Origin: an uncultured delta proteobacterium
GTDB taxonomy: Bacteria; Desulfobacterota; Desulfobacteria; Desulfobacterales; JAHEIW01
Direction of reading: 5' to 3'
NCBI GenBank assembly: GCA_963706575.1
Contig: CAVPNL010000018.1
Span: forward strand, 143,732-207,731
Length of the DNA: 64,000 bases
Below the pieces are notes generated by a model, which saw only the letters and a program-made list of their open reading frames with translations, was not told where the DNA came from and ran no database searches. The position numbers and the translations under genes are program-made. Numbering within the stretch: the stretch's first letter is position 1; each line of letters starts with the position of its first letter. Shown in pieces: positions 1 through 11,645 of this stretch.

Positions 1-62
1 AAGACCACGGTGTAGCGGCCCATGGCAATTAACGGGTTTTTTATAACAACAAGCAGGTCCAT
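1..62 (-). CDS. 5' end of a CDS running off the left edge (MDLLVVIKNPLIAMGRYTVV...), possibly a membrane permease
   Basis: Open frame from ATG at 62 to the window edge; only 20 codons visible. Confidence 0.3.
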   Translation of the reverse strand, partial: MDLLVVIKNPLIAMGRYTVV

Positions 63-267
63 AGAAAGTGCCCCGATGCGATGATATTTGCGATAAATCA
101 GGAAGAATTAAGGAAATCATAGCAAAATGTCAAGCAGGTTTCAAGGAAGGCGACAATTGACCATTGACGCCTAACTCCAAAAAGGTTAACCAAGTCCGTT
201 GAGCCGGATAGCCAATTTCCCACTAGACGGCCAAAAAGGGAATTCTGTCTAATTTTAGCTTAATAAT

Positions 268-376
268 TTTACCACAGAGAACACAGAGACCGCAGAGGGA
301 TGTTTTTTTAGGTAATAATTTTTAGCTTGTTTTTAATATTTTCTTCTCTGTGAGCTCTGTGCACTCTGTGGTGAAA
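268..376. repeat. Palindrome with ~9-nt tandem arms (ACACAGAG x3 ... CTCTGTG x3)
   Basis: accacagagaacacagagaccgcagag ... ctctgtgagctctgtgcactctgtggt; same type at 19432-19535, orphan arm at 38543-38573. Confidence 0.85.
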
Positions 377-399
377 TAATACAGTTGCGTTTTCCAGTC

Positions 400-2289
400 A
401 TGATTCGAATAGAAAGCCTGCATAAAAGCTACGGAGATCTGATCCTGTTTGAAGGCATCAATTTTGCCCTCAATGAAAGAGAGCGCCTGGGGGTCGTGGG
501 TCGCAATGGTCACGGAAAAACGACGTTGTTTCGGATGATTCTGAGAAAGGAAAATCCCGATTCCGGCAGCATTGTTGTCCCCAAAAACTACCGCATCGGT
601 TATGTCAGCCAAAATCTGGAGTTCCGCCAAAGTACGATTTTAACTGAGGCCATTTCAGCGCTTCCGGAGCCGGAAGAAGATCATCACTGGAAAGCAGAGA
701 AAATCCTCGCCGGTCTGGGCTTTAAGCAGACGGATTTCCAGAGGCACCCAAAGGAATTTTCAGGGGGCTACCAGGTCCGGTTGAATCTGGCCAAAGCATT
801 GATTGCCGAACCGGACCTTTTGTTACTTGATGAACCCACAAACTTTCTGGACATTATTTCCATCCGCTGGATCGAACGGTTTCTGCAAACCTGGCCTCAT
901 GAAATCATGCTGATCACCCATGACCGCAGTTTTATGGATAAACTGGTTACGCATACCATGGGGATCCATCGCTGCGCGGTGCGCAAAATTGAAGGCAACA
1001 CGGCAAAGTACTATGATCAAATTGCTCAGGATGAAGAGATTTATGAAAAGACCCGCATGAAAGACGCCCGTCGGCGCAAAGAAATCGAGCAATTTATCAC
1101 CCGTTTCAGGGCCAAAGCCAGGCAGGCGAACCTGGTGCAATCCCGTATTAAAACCCTGCAGAAAATGGAAAAAAAACAAAAACTTGAAAAACTAAAAATA
1201 TTGGATTTTTCCTTCAGCAGCAGCCCTTTCCAGGCCAGGCACCTGCTTAGCGCCCGCAACGTAAATTTTTCCTACGATACGGAAAATCCGCTCGTTCGTG
1301 ATTTTAAAATCACCGTGGAGGCCGGGGAACGAATCTGTGTGGTGGGGCCCAATGGAAAAGGCAAATCTACCCTGTTAAGACTGCTGGCCGGGGAACTGTT
1401 GCCCGATACGGGTCAGCTTAAATATCATCCGGCTGTCAAAAAAGGCTATTTTGAGCAGAGCAGTGTACAAACACTGGTTGAAAACCGAACCGTCCTGGAT
1501 GAAATCATTTTTTCAAATCCGGATGGTGATCGGCAGCGGGCCCGCAATGTTTGCGGGGCGATGATGTTTTCAGGAGACGATGCCTTAAAAAAAATCAGTG
1601 TGCTCTCCGGCGGTGAAAAAAGCCGCGTGATGCTGGGCAAGCTTTTGGTGTCTGCAACGAACCTGCTGCTGCTGGACGAGCCGACCAATCATCTCGACAT
1701 GGAATCCTGCGATGCCCTGCTCGCAGCCATAGATAACTTTGAGGGAACCGTAATTATGGTGACCCATAACGAAATGTTTCTGTATGCACTGGCTCAACGG
1801 CTGATCGTGTTTCAAAATGACGGCATAGATATTTTTGGCGGCAGTTATCAGCAGTTTTTAGAAAAAGGCGGCTGGCAGGATGAAAGCAAAGTGAATCAGA
1901 CACCACAACAGCCCGACACCCAGGTGGATGATTCTGTAAAACTTACCAAAAAGGAACTGCGGCGTCAGAGATCAGAAATTATTTCCCGGCGTTCCCGGAT
2001 CCTCAAACCGATCCAGCAGCAGGCTCAGGCGCTCGAAAACGAAATTGAAAAAAATGAGCGGGAACTCGACCGTCTGAACCAATCCATGCAGCCGGCTGCC
2101 CAGAATCAGGACGGTACGAAAATCGCTGAAATTTCCCAGGCCATTCACCTATGTCGGCAAACCATCGACGACCTGTTTGAAAAGCTGGAAGAATTGACCC
2201 GTGACCTCGAAACTCGCAAGGCCGAGTTTGATGCCCACCTGCAAAGCCTCGATTCAGAAACCGAATCACCTCCCTCTTCCGATACGTAA
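400..2289 (+). CDS. ABC-F family ATP-binding protein (Uup/YheS-like)
   Basis: Two NBDs (GRNGHGKT, FSGG, LLLDEPTN; GPNGKGKS, LSGGE, LLLDEPTN), no TM segments, C-terminal coiled coil; ATG at 400 preferred over TTG 385. Confidence 0.92.
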   Translation: MIRIESLHKSYGDLILFEGINFALNERERLGVVGRNGHGKTTLFRMILRKENPDSGSIVVPKNYRIGYVSQNLEFRQSTILTEAISALPEPEEDHHWKAEKILAGLGFKQTDFQRHPKEFSGGYQVRLNLAKALIAEPDLLLLDEPTNFLDIISIRWIERFLQTWPHEIMLITHDRSFMDKLVTHTMGIHRCAVRKIEGNTAKYYDQIAQDEEIYEKTRMKDARRRKEIEQFITRFRAKARQANLVQSRIKTLQKMEKKQKLEKLKILDFSFSSSPFQARHLLSARNVNFSYDTENPLVRDFKITVEAGERICVVGPNGKGKSTLLRLLAGELLPDTGQLKYHPAVKKGYFEQSSVQTLVENRTVLDEIIFSNPDGDRQRARNVCGAMMFSGDDALKKISVLSGGEKSRVMLGKLLVSATNLLLLDEPTNHLDMESCDALLAAIDNFEGTVIMVTHNEMFLYALAQRLIVFQNDGIDIFGGSYQQFLEKGGWQDESKVNQTPQQPDTQVDDSVKLTKKELRRQRSEIISRRSRILKPIQQQAQALENEIEKNERELDRLNQSMQPAAQNQDGTKIAEISQAIHLCRQTIDDLFEKLEELTRDLETRKAEFDAHLQSLDSETESPPSSDT

Positions 2290-2326
2290 TCCGCTATTCC
2301 AACTTTCAGAATCGTTTTTATTTATT

Positions 2327-2586
2327 CAGCCACAGACCCACACAGACTCACACAAACAAAACTTTTCCTCGGGCGTCTTTGACTGACAAAAAACTTGTAT
2401 GCCTCCATAAAGACGGCCACAGCTTAAACTCAGTTTAAAAAACATATCGTAGCAATAATACCTGTTCTACTTAAATGACTTTATGTGAGGATAGATTTTT
2501 TTTTAATCGCGAAGCGATTGACTGTTTTTGGCCGAGCAGGTCGCTCGGCCAAAAGGTCTGTGTGAGTCCGTGTGGGTCTGTGGCTA
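2327..2586. repeat. Composite palindromic element with 10-nt tandem arms (CACAGAC[C/T]CA)
   Basis: Arms gccacagacccacacagactcacac / gtgtgagtccgtgtgggtctgtggc; internal aatcgcgaagcgattgac...ggcc...ggcc aaaaggtctg shared with 28638-28925. Confidence 0.8.
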
Positions 2587-2599
2587 ATTTATCCGGTCG

Positions 2600-3874
2600 T
2601 CAACGAATCCGCTTTTTCTTTCGACGTGTGATGAAAAAATAACACAGCCCGGCTACAAACAATGAGGGCATGGAGCCGCCGATGGGATATTTCATAAGAG
2701 CAATCAGTTCATATACAAAAAATCCACTCGCCCAGCAGATTAACGCAATGCCATTAAAGCCTTTGGCATACCAGTATTTACCCTCCGGCTGGTAAAGGTC
2801 CTGCGTGCTGATCCGGCGGTCTCGAATAAAAAAATAGTCGGTCAGAACAACCCCAAACAGGGGCACAAACATGGCGCCGATCAGAAAGAGGAAATTTTCA
2901 TATTGTTCCATTGGAAAAACCAGCGCAACCAGTATGGAAATAATGCCCGCCGCCCAGACAATGCTTTTTGAGCTGAATCTTTGAGAGATATTCAGCGTTG
3001 AGCAGGCCGCGGAATACACATCCGGAAAACCGGTGGTGATGGTAGAAAACACCACCATGGCCAGGGCCGGAACCGCCAGGCCTATTTTGCCCATAAGCTG
3101 CAAAATTAATGTGCCTGGATCACTTGCTCCGGCAACCAGGGTTGCGGTTAAACCCAGCGCATACATCCATGATGAAATCAGAAAGTAGCCCAGCCAGGTA
3201 TTCCAGAAGGCCGGAGCGGCCCTTTTGGAGAACCGTGAGTAATCCGCCACTAGCGGCATCCAGGAAATAGGCATGGCGATGACCAAATCCAGGCCAATCA
3301 TAAATGGCATATTCTGCGATTTGACCTCAAAGACATCGCTTCCAAATTCATTGACTGACACACCACTCATCAGCAGGATGACCAGCAATAGTCCGATAAC
3401 CGTCATTTTCTGCATCACGCGCCAGATCGGGTTGCCCGTCATCTGTGCCCATAAGAGGGTTCCCAATCCTATTGCGACAATCCAGAACTGGTTGGATGCC
3501 AGAATTCCCCCTAGTGGTTTGCCCAGCATGGCACCGGCCCGGCCGCCGATGATCAGCATAATCGAGGCCCAGCCGATTAGTTGGATAATGTTTAAAACAG
3601 CTGCCAGATTTGAACCGCGAATACCGAATGATGGCCGAACGGAAACCATTGACATAATGCCGTGTTCAGACCCGATAACCCCCCCCAGTGCCATAAAGGT
3701 ATTCCCGATAATGTGCCCCAGAAAAATTGCCAGGATACCCATCCAAAACCCCATGGGCGCTAAAAATCCGCCGGCCCAAATTTCCGCCAGAGATATGGCC
3801 ACCCCGGCCCACAATAAAAAATAGTCCAGACCGCTGAGACTGCGTTGTCCGGCGCCAATCGGTTGAATGTCCAT
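2600..3874 (-). CDS. cytX: NCS1/cytosine-permease family transporter, CytX-like putative hydroxymethylpyrimidine (thiamine precursor) transporter
   Basis: Multi-TM protein with MPISWMPLVADYSRF motif; start MDIQP at 3874 with AAGGAG RBS; TPP riboswitch upstream. Confidence 0.8.
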   Translation of the reverse strand: MDIQPIGAGQRSLSGLDYFLLWAGVAISLAEIWAGGFLAPMGFWMGILAIFLGHIIGNTFMALGGVIGSEHGIMSMVSVRPSFGIRGSNLAAVLNIIQLIGWASIMLIIGGRAGAMLGKPLGGILASNQFWIVAIGLGTLLWAQMTGNPIWRVMQKMTVIGLLLVILLMSGVSVNEFGSDVFEVKSQNMPFMIGLDLVIAMPISWMPLVADYSRFSKRAAPAFWNTWLGYFLISSWMYALGLTATLVAGASDPGTLILQLMGKIGLAVPALAMVVFSTITTGFPDVYSAACSTLNISQRFSSKSIVWAAGIISILVALVFPMEQYENFLFLIGAMFVPLFGVVLTDYFFIRDRRISTQDLYQPEGKYWYAKGFNGIALICWASGFFVYELIALMKYPIGGSMPSLFVAGLCYFFITRRKKKRIR

Positions 3875-3978
3875 TTTGCACTCCTTGTCTATAGTGTCAG
3901 AGGGCAGATGAATATCGGAAGTAGGGCGGGCCTCCGCGCCCGCCGGCATTGGCCGGCGCGGAGGCCGGCCTTTGAAAC

Positions 3979-4006
3979 AAAAAAAGCCACCCGGATAGCG
4001 GGCGGC
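3979..4006 (-). terminator. Intrinsic terminator forming the expression platform of the TPP riboswitch
   Basis: Minus strand GCCGCCCG-ctatc-CGGGTGGC followed by T7, just 3' of the aptamer. Confidence 0.75.
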
Positions 4007-4014
4007 CTGATCGC

Positions 4015-4118
4015 GCATTCTTCCTCCGCCGGCATTATCCGGATCAGGTTCAACGGTCGGACTCACAATAAGATGTCAGAGTCCCTCTCAGCCCGGTCTT
4101 TCCGAGCTCCCGACACAC
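4015..4118 (-). ncRNA. TPP riboswitch (THI element)
   Basis: Minus strand GGGAGC...GCTGAGAG...GACCGTTGAACCTGATCCGGATAATGCCGGCGGAGG matches the TPP consensus. Confidence 0.95.
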
Positions 4119-4265
4119 AGCAAAGTTAATTTTCAGTCTGCAAATTATAAATAGGGGTCTAACCCGAACCTGTCAAGCAATTTCACGGCTGGATGTTTGT
4201 TTTCCTGAGTCACTATGATATATAACCTGTAGCTGCATCTCGTTTTACGGCAGGAAGACAGGTTT

Positions 4266-4718
4266 ATGGCAATTTATAATTTAGACGGCTTATTGGACAA
4301 ATACAGTGGTGAATTTCTGATTCTGGAGTTTAATCATCTCTTTATTTCATCGTCCATCCGCGAGGAAGTCTGGCTGCTTCAGCGCAAAAATGATTCGCCG
4401 TTGATCGATAAAATCGTGAGGGCCGCCAGAGAATTTAATATCCATGAAGTCAGCGATGAAAGAGATTTCGAGACCTATTCCGGCGGACAAAAAGCCATTT
4501 TAGCCTGCCTGCTGACACTGGCGCTGATTGGCGACCGCAAAATCCAGGGCCTCAAATTATTGCTAAATAATATCCTGGACTCCGTGAGTGAAGAAAACCG
4601 GTCAAAATTGGTTCAAAAATTCGAAGAAATCCGTTCAACTCACAATATAAGGCTGTTCACCGAAAAGGATGGCCACATCCAGGAGATTTTTACAACGAAT
4701 GGAAATCCGCAAGGGTAA
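4266..4718 (+). CDS. ABC-ATPase-like fragment: signature region without Walker A
   Basis: FETYSGGQKAILACLL plus degenerate Walker B (LLLNNILDSV); no P-loop. Confidence 0.6.
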   Translation: MAIYNLDGLLDKYSGEFLILEFNHLFISSSIREEVWLLQRKNDSPLIDKIVRAAREFNIHEVSDERDFETYSGGQKAILACLLTLALIGDRKIQGLKLLLNNILDSVSEENRSKLVQKFEEIRSTHNIRLFTEKDGHIQEIFTTNGNPQG

Positions 4719-5178
4719 ATATCGTTTAGATGACCGCAACCTGAATTTTGATATCGTCGCTGACCTCAATTTTAATGTTAGCGGCAGCCGATTTTATTTC
4801 AGGGGCGGCAACGGTTTCGGCAAGACATCCTTTCTGGAGAAAATTATCATTCCCGCCCTAAAGGCTGATAACCTTCCCTATTTATATATCGGTCAGGATA
4901 TTCGGACGCAGCTTTATACCTTGCGAGCGCTTCTTTCCATCCAGGGATTTAAAGTATCCGATACGGATGAGGTTGAACTTTTAAGGCTGTGGATTGATCA
5001 GGGCCAATCGGCAAGCGTCCTTATACTGGATGAGTTTGATAAATATTTCCCCGATTATGGATTTATCTTTGACTGGAGTGATGCCTTTATCCGGACCTAC
5101 ATCATCGTAACCCATCTGGCGATGAATCGCTGTGAGGCGGTTGCGAATAATTATCCGAATTTGCAACGTGAGGTTTGA
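4699..5178 (+). CDS. Minimal ABC-type ATPase core lacking the signature subdomain; probably extends to 5230 across a frameshift
   Basis: GGNGFGKTS, Q-loop YIGQD, LILDEFD, IIVTH; AGGAG RBS at 4681; alternative frame RFELINIDGQLKNVRVRNE* overlaps the next ATG. Confidence 0.7.
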   Translation: MEIRKGKYRLDDRNLNFDIVADLNFNVSGSRFYFRGGNGFGKTSFLEKIIIPALKADNLPYLYIGQDIRTQLYTLRALLSIQGFKVSDTDEVELLRLWIDQGQSASVLILDEFDKYFPDYGFIFDWSDAFIRTYIIVTHLAMNRCEAVANNYPNLQREV

Positions 5179-5222
5179 ATTGATCAACATCGATGGTCAA
5201 CTCAAGAATGTCAGGGTGAGAA

Positions 5223-5837
5223 ATGAATAATATCGTCATTTTAAAACTTGGCACCATATTCATCATCATCCTCTCCTTTTTTTGGCTGTTTGTTTTCGGC
5301 CCCTTTTATGACAGCATCAGCATTCAACTGGCTGTTTTTATCGTTGTCATGGGATGGAATGCGTTGCGGTTTTCGTTTCAAGAAACCATATCATTGCTGA
5401 AGTTCTGTTTTCCATTTGTATTGAGTTTGTTTGTTTTCGGACTTATCTTTCACTTTATACAGCTATTCGGCAGAACGGATTGGTTGCAGGACACACTCAT
5501 TAAATGTTTGGTGTTCCCGAGCTCATTGATTTTTTTAAAAATCCTGTTGACCTATATTACCTATCTGGATATCCTTAACCTTCCGATTTCAATGAAAAAA
5601 CGAATTGGCCTGATCACAATGAAATCTGCATTCCAAAAAGGGGAAAAAATATTGCGCCGATTTTCCTGGTATCTGAATACCTATTCTGACCTGCAATCCG
5701 GCAACAGAATTAAATCCGAATTGAAAAAATATGCCTGCCTTATTATCGCCCTGTATTTGTATCTTTATGAAGAAATTGAAAATTCAAATCGATTACTAAA
5801 AAATCGATATCAGCATCTATACGAGGTCAACGAATGA
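5223..5837 (+). CDS. Membrane protein, possible divergent ECF T component
   Basis: ~4 TM helices then amphipathic helices; lies between the ATPase pieces and the S component. Confidence 0.55.
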   Translation: MNNIVILKLGTIFIIILSFFWLFVFGPFYDSISIQLAVFIVVMGWNALRFSFQETISLLKFCFPFVLSLFVFGLIFHFIQLFGRTDWLQDTLIKCLVFPSSLIFLKILLTYITYLDILNLPISMKKRIGLITMKSAFQKGEKILRRFSWYLNTYSDLQSGNRIKSELKKYACLIIALYLYLYEEIENSNRLLKNRYQHLYEVNE

Positions 5838-6337
5838 AAAATGTTAAAATTGCTTTTATCGCCCTAACAGTTGTTGCTGCCCTGATCACCCTGTTTATCA
5901 GGATCCCGCTGCCCAGCAGGGGCTACTTCAATTTTGGAGATGTGGCAGTGGTGTTCTCGGGTCTGGTTCTGGGAAGCCTGGCGCAGAAAAAAAATTTCTG
6001 GTGGGGTGCAGGAGCCGGGGGTATCGGTTCGGCCCTGGCGGATATCATCGGCGGATTCGGAATGTTTGCGCCGATTACATTAATTGCCAAGGGGGCTGAA
6101 GGCGGATTATGCGCGCTGGCATCCGGCCGGCACAAATTCAGCCGGTGGATTTTAATTCTGCTGGGCGGCGCTTCGATGGTCGCATGCTATTTTATTGCTG
6201 AAGCATTAATGCCGAACATCGGGCTTCAGGGGGCGGTATCGGAAATCATCCCCAATCTGATCCAGGCCGGCGGCGGCATTGCCGGCGGCGTCCTGGCGTT
6301 TACCGCTTATAAAAAAATAGTAGGTACCGAAAAATAG
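5834..6337 (+). CDS. ECF transporter S component
   Basis: IRIPLPSRGYFNFGD, GIGSALADI, APITLIAKGAEG motifs; ATGA overlap with the upstream gene. Confidence 0.85.
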   Translation: MKNVKIAFIALTVVAALITLFIRIPLPSRGYFNFGDVAVVFSGLVLGSLAQKKNFWWGAGAGGIGSALADIIGGFGMFAPITLIAKGAEGGLCALASGRHKFSRWILILLGGASMVACYFIAEALMPNIGLQGAVSEIIPNLIQAGGGIAGGVLAFTAYKKIVGTEK

Positions 6338-6387
6338 TTCAATGGCGGAATGGGTTCAGTTGAACCCTTTAACCCCGGTTAGACGAC

Positions 6388-7257
6388 ATGGCAATTGCGC
6401 TGGCGCTGTTATCCTCGCTTCTCATCAGCGGGACCACCATCATTATGAAAAAAGGCATTGAGCGGACAAACCCGACTTCCGCTATGCTGGTGGTCACCCT
6501 GACGGGGACTTTGATTTTGTTGATAATTTCACTGCCGCTGGTTCAACTTACCCATCTAAAATCAAAGGCATTTCTGTTATTTATTCTGGCTGGCATATTT
6601 TCTCCGGCACTCGTTCGCTGGCTTTACTTCATCAGCCTCGATCGTATCGGCCCGTCGATGTCATCGTCCATCATATCCACCGGGCCCGCGTTCACTGCAA
6701 TTATCGCCATCGTATTCCTGAAGGAAAAAGCAACGCTAAACATCGTCCTGGGAATCATTTTGATTATCGGCGGGATCATTACCTTTGAAAGAGACATCAG
6801 CTCCAGCGGCAAATTTGTCGTCCGTCATAAACAGGATTTGATATTTGCACTGTTGTCAGCAATTCTAGTGGGATTGGCAATCGTCATCCGCAAGATGGGG
6901 TTGAATACTCTGGACGAACCGATTTTTGGCGTAACCGTCGGATTTACGACATCGCTGGTATTTTATGGAATGATGTGTCTGGTATTTAAAGGTATGCGTG
7001 CGGCGATTTCCTTGAACCTCAAAAATACACTGTATCTGAGCGGGGCCGGTGTGTTTTTAACAACCGCCTGGTTGACGTTATTCTATGCACTGTCCTACGG
7101 AGATGCGATTATCGTAGCGCCGCTGGCCAGTCTTCACCCGGTGATGGTGCTGGGGTGGAGTTACCTGTTTTTCAAAGATATAGAAAAAATTACCTTTAAA
7201 ACCGTACTCGGTGTTATCGTGGTGCTGATCGGCGTCCTGCTGATTGCCTTAAAGTAG
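6388..7257 (+). CDS. DMT/EamA family transporter
   Basis: 10 TM in two repeats, FLKEK and FFKDIEK ends. Confidence 0.88.
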   Translation: MAIALALLSSLLISGTTIIMKKGIERTNPTSAMLVVTLTGTLILLIISLPLVQLTHLKSKAFLLFILAGIFSPALVRWLYFISLDRIGPSMSSSIISTGPAFTAIIAIVFLKEKATLNIVLGIILIIGGIITFERDISSSGKFVVRHKQDLIFALLSAILVGLAIVIRKMGLNTLDEPIFGVTVGFTTSLVFYGMMCLVFKGMRAAISLNLKNTLYLSGAGVFLTTAWLTLFYALSYGDAIIVAPLASLHPVMVLGWSYLFFKDIEKITFKTVLGVIVVLIGVLLIALK

Positions 7258-7345
7258 TTTAATTGGTTTGATTGGTTTAATTCGTTGAATTTGTTAAAGC
7301 GAACCAATTGAACAAATCAAACGAATCGAACCAATGGAACAAGTT
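7255..7345. repeat. Palindrome with 9-nt tandem arms (TTGGTTyrA / AACCAATyr)
   Basis: ttggtttgattggtttaattcgttgaatttgtt...aaccaattgaacaaatcaaacgaatcgaaccaat; further copies at ~25735, 27038, 28062, 30698, 35186, 37138, 40500, half copies at 43362, 47128, 48510, 53005. Confidence 0.85.
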
Positions 7346-7362
7346 GCTTTTTCCTGAATCCC

Positions 7363-8028
7363 TCAACCGCCGACTGGCGATAGCCATCCAGTTGAAAATG
7401 CCAGCATAAACTGCCCGCCATAATACAATGGCAAACCGATCAATCGATTGACAAATTCAGCCTTTAAAAATCGCTGCCGGGCAACAAAGATATCGGAGAC
7501 ATAAAAACCCAGTGCCCCGCCAAATGCCGCCATGCGACCCGCCGGCTCAAGCTCGCCGGCACCCACCATTGACCAGGCCCCCACGACCATGGCGGTGATC
7601 ACCAGGATATAGAATATTACCGGAATTTTCATAGAGCCCAGATGGGGCCGCAGCCACAAAAACACACCGGCGCCGGCCAATGTGCTTATTGCCAGACCAA
7701 TGTCGGTCCACAGATTGAATCCGGCCGTATAAAAGAAGGCGCCAGTATAAAACACATGCCCCAGCAAAAAAGACACCAGGCCAAAGAGAAACATTTTCTT
7801 GCCGGGCAACGCCAGAAAGACATCACCGCCCAGACAAAAAATCATGCCGATCAGCAAAAAACGGTAATATGGCGGAATCGGATGGAATTGAACGACTGCG
7901 GCAAAGATAAACAGTGAAGAAAGAAGGGATTTAACCGCCAGCTTGGCCGTCAGAACCTCCTTTTTTTCACAATAAAGAAGGCCGGCCAGCAAGCCAGCAG
8001 CGGATACAACTACTAAAAAATTAACCAT
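7363..8028 (-). CDS. YhhN-like lysoplasmalogenase family membrane protein
   Basis: GDVFL, FLLGHVFY, FYVSD, LYYGGQ motifs. Confidence 0.85.
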   Translation of the reverse strand: MVNFLVVVSAAGLLAGLLYCEKKEVLTAKLAVKSLLSSLFIFAAVVQFHPIPPYYRFLLIGMIFCLGGDVFLALPGKKMFLFGLVSFLLGHVFYTGAFFYTAGFNLWTDIGLAISTLAGAGVFLWLRPHLGSMKIPVIFYILVITAMVVGAWSMVGAGELEPAGRMAAFGGALGFYVSDIFVARQRFLKAEFVNRLIGLPLYYGGQFMLAFSTGWLSPVGG

Positions 8029-8107
8029 CGTAATTTATGGATCGTCCTAAGAACTTACATATGGAGGTTGGTCGTTGGTCTCATACAGGTTTCAGGTGTC
8101 AGTAAAA

Positions 8108-8200
8108 TAGCTGGAAGGCTGGAAAGCTTGGATGCTCGAAGGCTCGAAGGCTTCATCGCTTCCGGCTTCCTGGCTTCCCAGCCTTCCAGCCTCCAAGCTA
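8108..8200. repeat. Palindrome with 8-nt tandem arms (GCTGGAAG / CTTCCAGC)
   Basis: gctggaaggctggaaagcttgg...cttcccagccttccagcctccaagc; same type at 20733-20925, partial arms at 57280, 57420, 58860, 59040. Confidence 0.8.
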
Positions 8201-8205
8201 TGAGC

Positions 8206-9573
<1,368 letters not shown>

Positions 9574-9702
9574 TCAGACCGGAATTTCGGTCAAAATCGG
9601 TATTGAGTAATGCGTGCTCCATAATGAACTCGTGAAGATTTTGCAAGTATTTATGTCTTTAGGAATAAAAAAGAAGAGATTTTGAAACGCGCAATTTAGA
9701 TT

Positions 9703-11310
9703 TTAATTCCTGACCCCCTTTGTACTACTGTCAAGTGGCAACATAACATTCCGCGTGTATTTAACAACCTGGTCGCGGCCGGCCCTTTTGGCTGCATACA
9801 TGGCCGCATCCGCTTTCCTGATCAGATCTTCCGGATCCGTTCCATCATGTGGAAAAGTGGCGATACCCAGGCTGATGGTGACGGGAGGGAAATCCTCGAA
9901 TTTCATCTCTGCCAAATTTTTCCGTAAGCGCTCGGATAAAATATGGGCGGCGTCATTGGCCGCCTCAGGTATCATAATGACAAACTCTTCACCACCATAC
10001 CTGGCAACCACATCCACATCTCTGACATTTTGTTGCAGAAATTTGCCGATGGCCCTTAAAACCCGATCACCGGCATCGTGGCCATAGGTGTCATTGATAT
10101 TTTTAAATCGGTCCAGATCAGCCATGACAACAGATAAAATATTGTTGTAGCGCTGGGCTCGATGCAGTTCCTCCTGCAGCTTGACCATAAAATACCGGCG
10201 AACGTAAAGGCCCGTTAAAGAATCCGTAACCGCCATATCCCAGAGCTGGGCCTTATTGATAGCCACGGCGGCCTGATCGGCCACGGCTTTCAGCATTTCA
10301 ACATCTTCGTCCGTAAAGTCTTTTCCGTGCCGCTTGTTGGTCACATTGATGACGCCGATGACATCACTGTAAACGATCATGGGAATGCACACAATCGAGC
10401 GAACATACGATTTCTCGGAGTCTATGAAAACATCATCGTCTTCGATGTTGTTTACCACAATGGGTTTGGCAGTCATATAGACCCGACCGGCGATGCCCTC
10501 GCCCGGTTTAAAACTGCGGCATTCGATTTCATTATTATTGACTTTTTCCTGAAAGGCTGCGTCCTCCACTCCGGCCAGCACTCGGATATTTAGCTGATCG
10601 GTCTCCAGATCATAAAGCATCAGGGAGCCTTTCTCGGCAGAGGTCACCTCGATGGCCTGGCTTAAAATAAACTGCAGCAGGTTCTTGAGGTCACTGATAT
10701 AATTCATGGCCTTGCCGATGCTGTACAGAAGAGACAGATTTTGGATGGTTTTATCCAGGTCTTCCTTTTCTTTTTGACGCTTCTCATAAAGATGGCAGGT
10801 GTTAACGCATACGACAGCATGAGCGGAGAGTTGCTGCAGAAAATATCGATCGGCATCGTCGAAAGGTTGATCGTTTTTGCGAGACCCGATGGTCACCAAG
10901 GCGGTCAATTCATCCCCCATGCCCAGAGGAACCCACAGTTTAGATTGAAGCCCGGCAAGGCCGTGCTTTTGGAAATCCTTTGAAAACAAAGGCTTTCCCG
11001 TATCGTCGCTGACCTCAAAGGGTTCGCCGTTCAAAATGGATTTCCAGAGTCTGGTTTTACCTTTCTTAATTTCAATGCTCAGCTCGCTTAAACCTTCGTT
11101 GAAAACAAGCTCAAGCGCATTTGTTTTGTTGCGATAAAGAAATATCGCCAGCCGGTGAATCGAAAATTTTTTCCGGATCACATCGGCAAGTACCCTGTAT
11201 AATTGTTCAAGATCGAGCGTGTTACTTAATTTGCGACAAGCTTGCAGAATTTCTGTCAGCGCTATTGATTGAATATTTCTTGAAGACATAAACTCCTCGA
11301 CTATGTGCAC
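9703..11310 (-). CDS. Diguanylate cyclase with two GAF domains
   Basis: TDSLTG, DLDRFKNINDTYGH, RDVD I-site, RYGGEEF. Confidence 0.93.
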   Translation of the reverse strand: MHIVEEFMSSRNIQSIALTEILQACRKLSNTLDLEQLYRVLADVIRKKFSIHRLAIFLYRNKTNALELVFNEGLSELSIEIKKGKTRLWKSILNGEPFEVSDDTGKPLFSKDFQKHGLAGLQSKLWVPLGMGDELTALVTIGSRKNDQPFDDADRYFLQQLSAHAVVCVNTCHLYEKRQKEKEDLDKTIQNLSLLYSIGKAMNYISDLKNLLQFILSQAIEVTSAEKGSLMLYDLETDQLNIRVLAGVEDAAFQEKVNNNEIECRSFKPGEGIAGRVYMTAKPIVVNNIEDDDVFIDSEKSYVRSIVCIPMIVYSDVIGVINVTNKRHGKDFTDEDVEMLKAVADQAAVAINKAQLWDMAVTDSLTGLYVRRYFMVKLQEELHRAQRYNNILSVVMADLDRFKNINDTYGHDAGDRVLRAIGKFLQQNVRDVDVVARYGGEEFVIMIPEAANDAAHILSERLRKNLAEMKFEDFPPVTISLGIATFPHDGTDPEDLIRKADAAMYAAKRAGRDQVVKYTRNVMLPLDSSTKGVRN

Positions 11311-11645
11311 ATAGGAACACAGCGTTTTGATTTGCCAGTTATCGACCTATGCTATTTAACTTTATCGTTTTTCCTCAGAGATTGCAAACAGTGTTCACTC
11401 GACAAGAATCATTTAAATAATGACAAAATTTGAAAGGGAAATACCATTATGACGATGCTTTTAAAGATTAAAAAAAAGCACTTTTCCGAATCAACTTCAT
11501 GTGGGTCGGAACTCATTTGGGTGTCCGGGTAACAGACGTTTGGCGGGAATTGGAATTGAGCCGGCCGATGGCAGCATTTGGACGGATTATGCGATAAAGA
11601 TCTTTATCGCCATTAAGGAAAAATTACAAAACATTTTAATGGCTT

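Noticed and set aside
3875..4066. 64-aa N-terminal extension of the permease in the ORF track
   Set aside because: It runs through the TPP aptamer and terminator; a good RBS precedes ATG 3874
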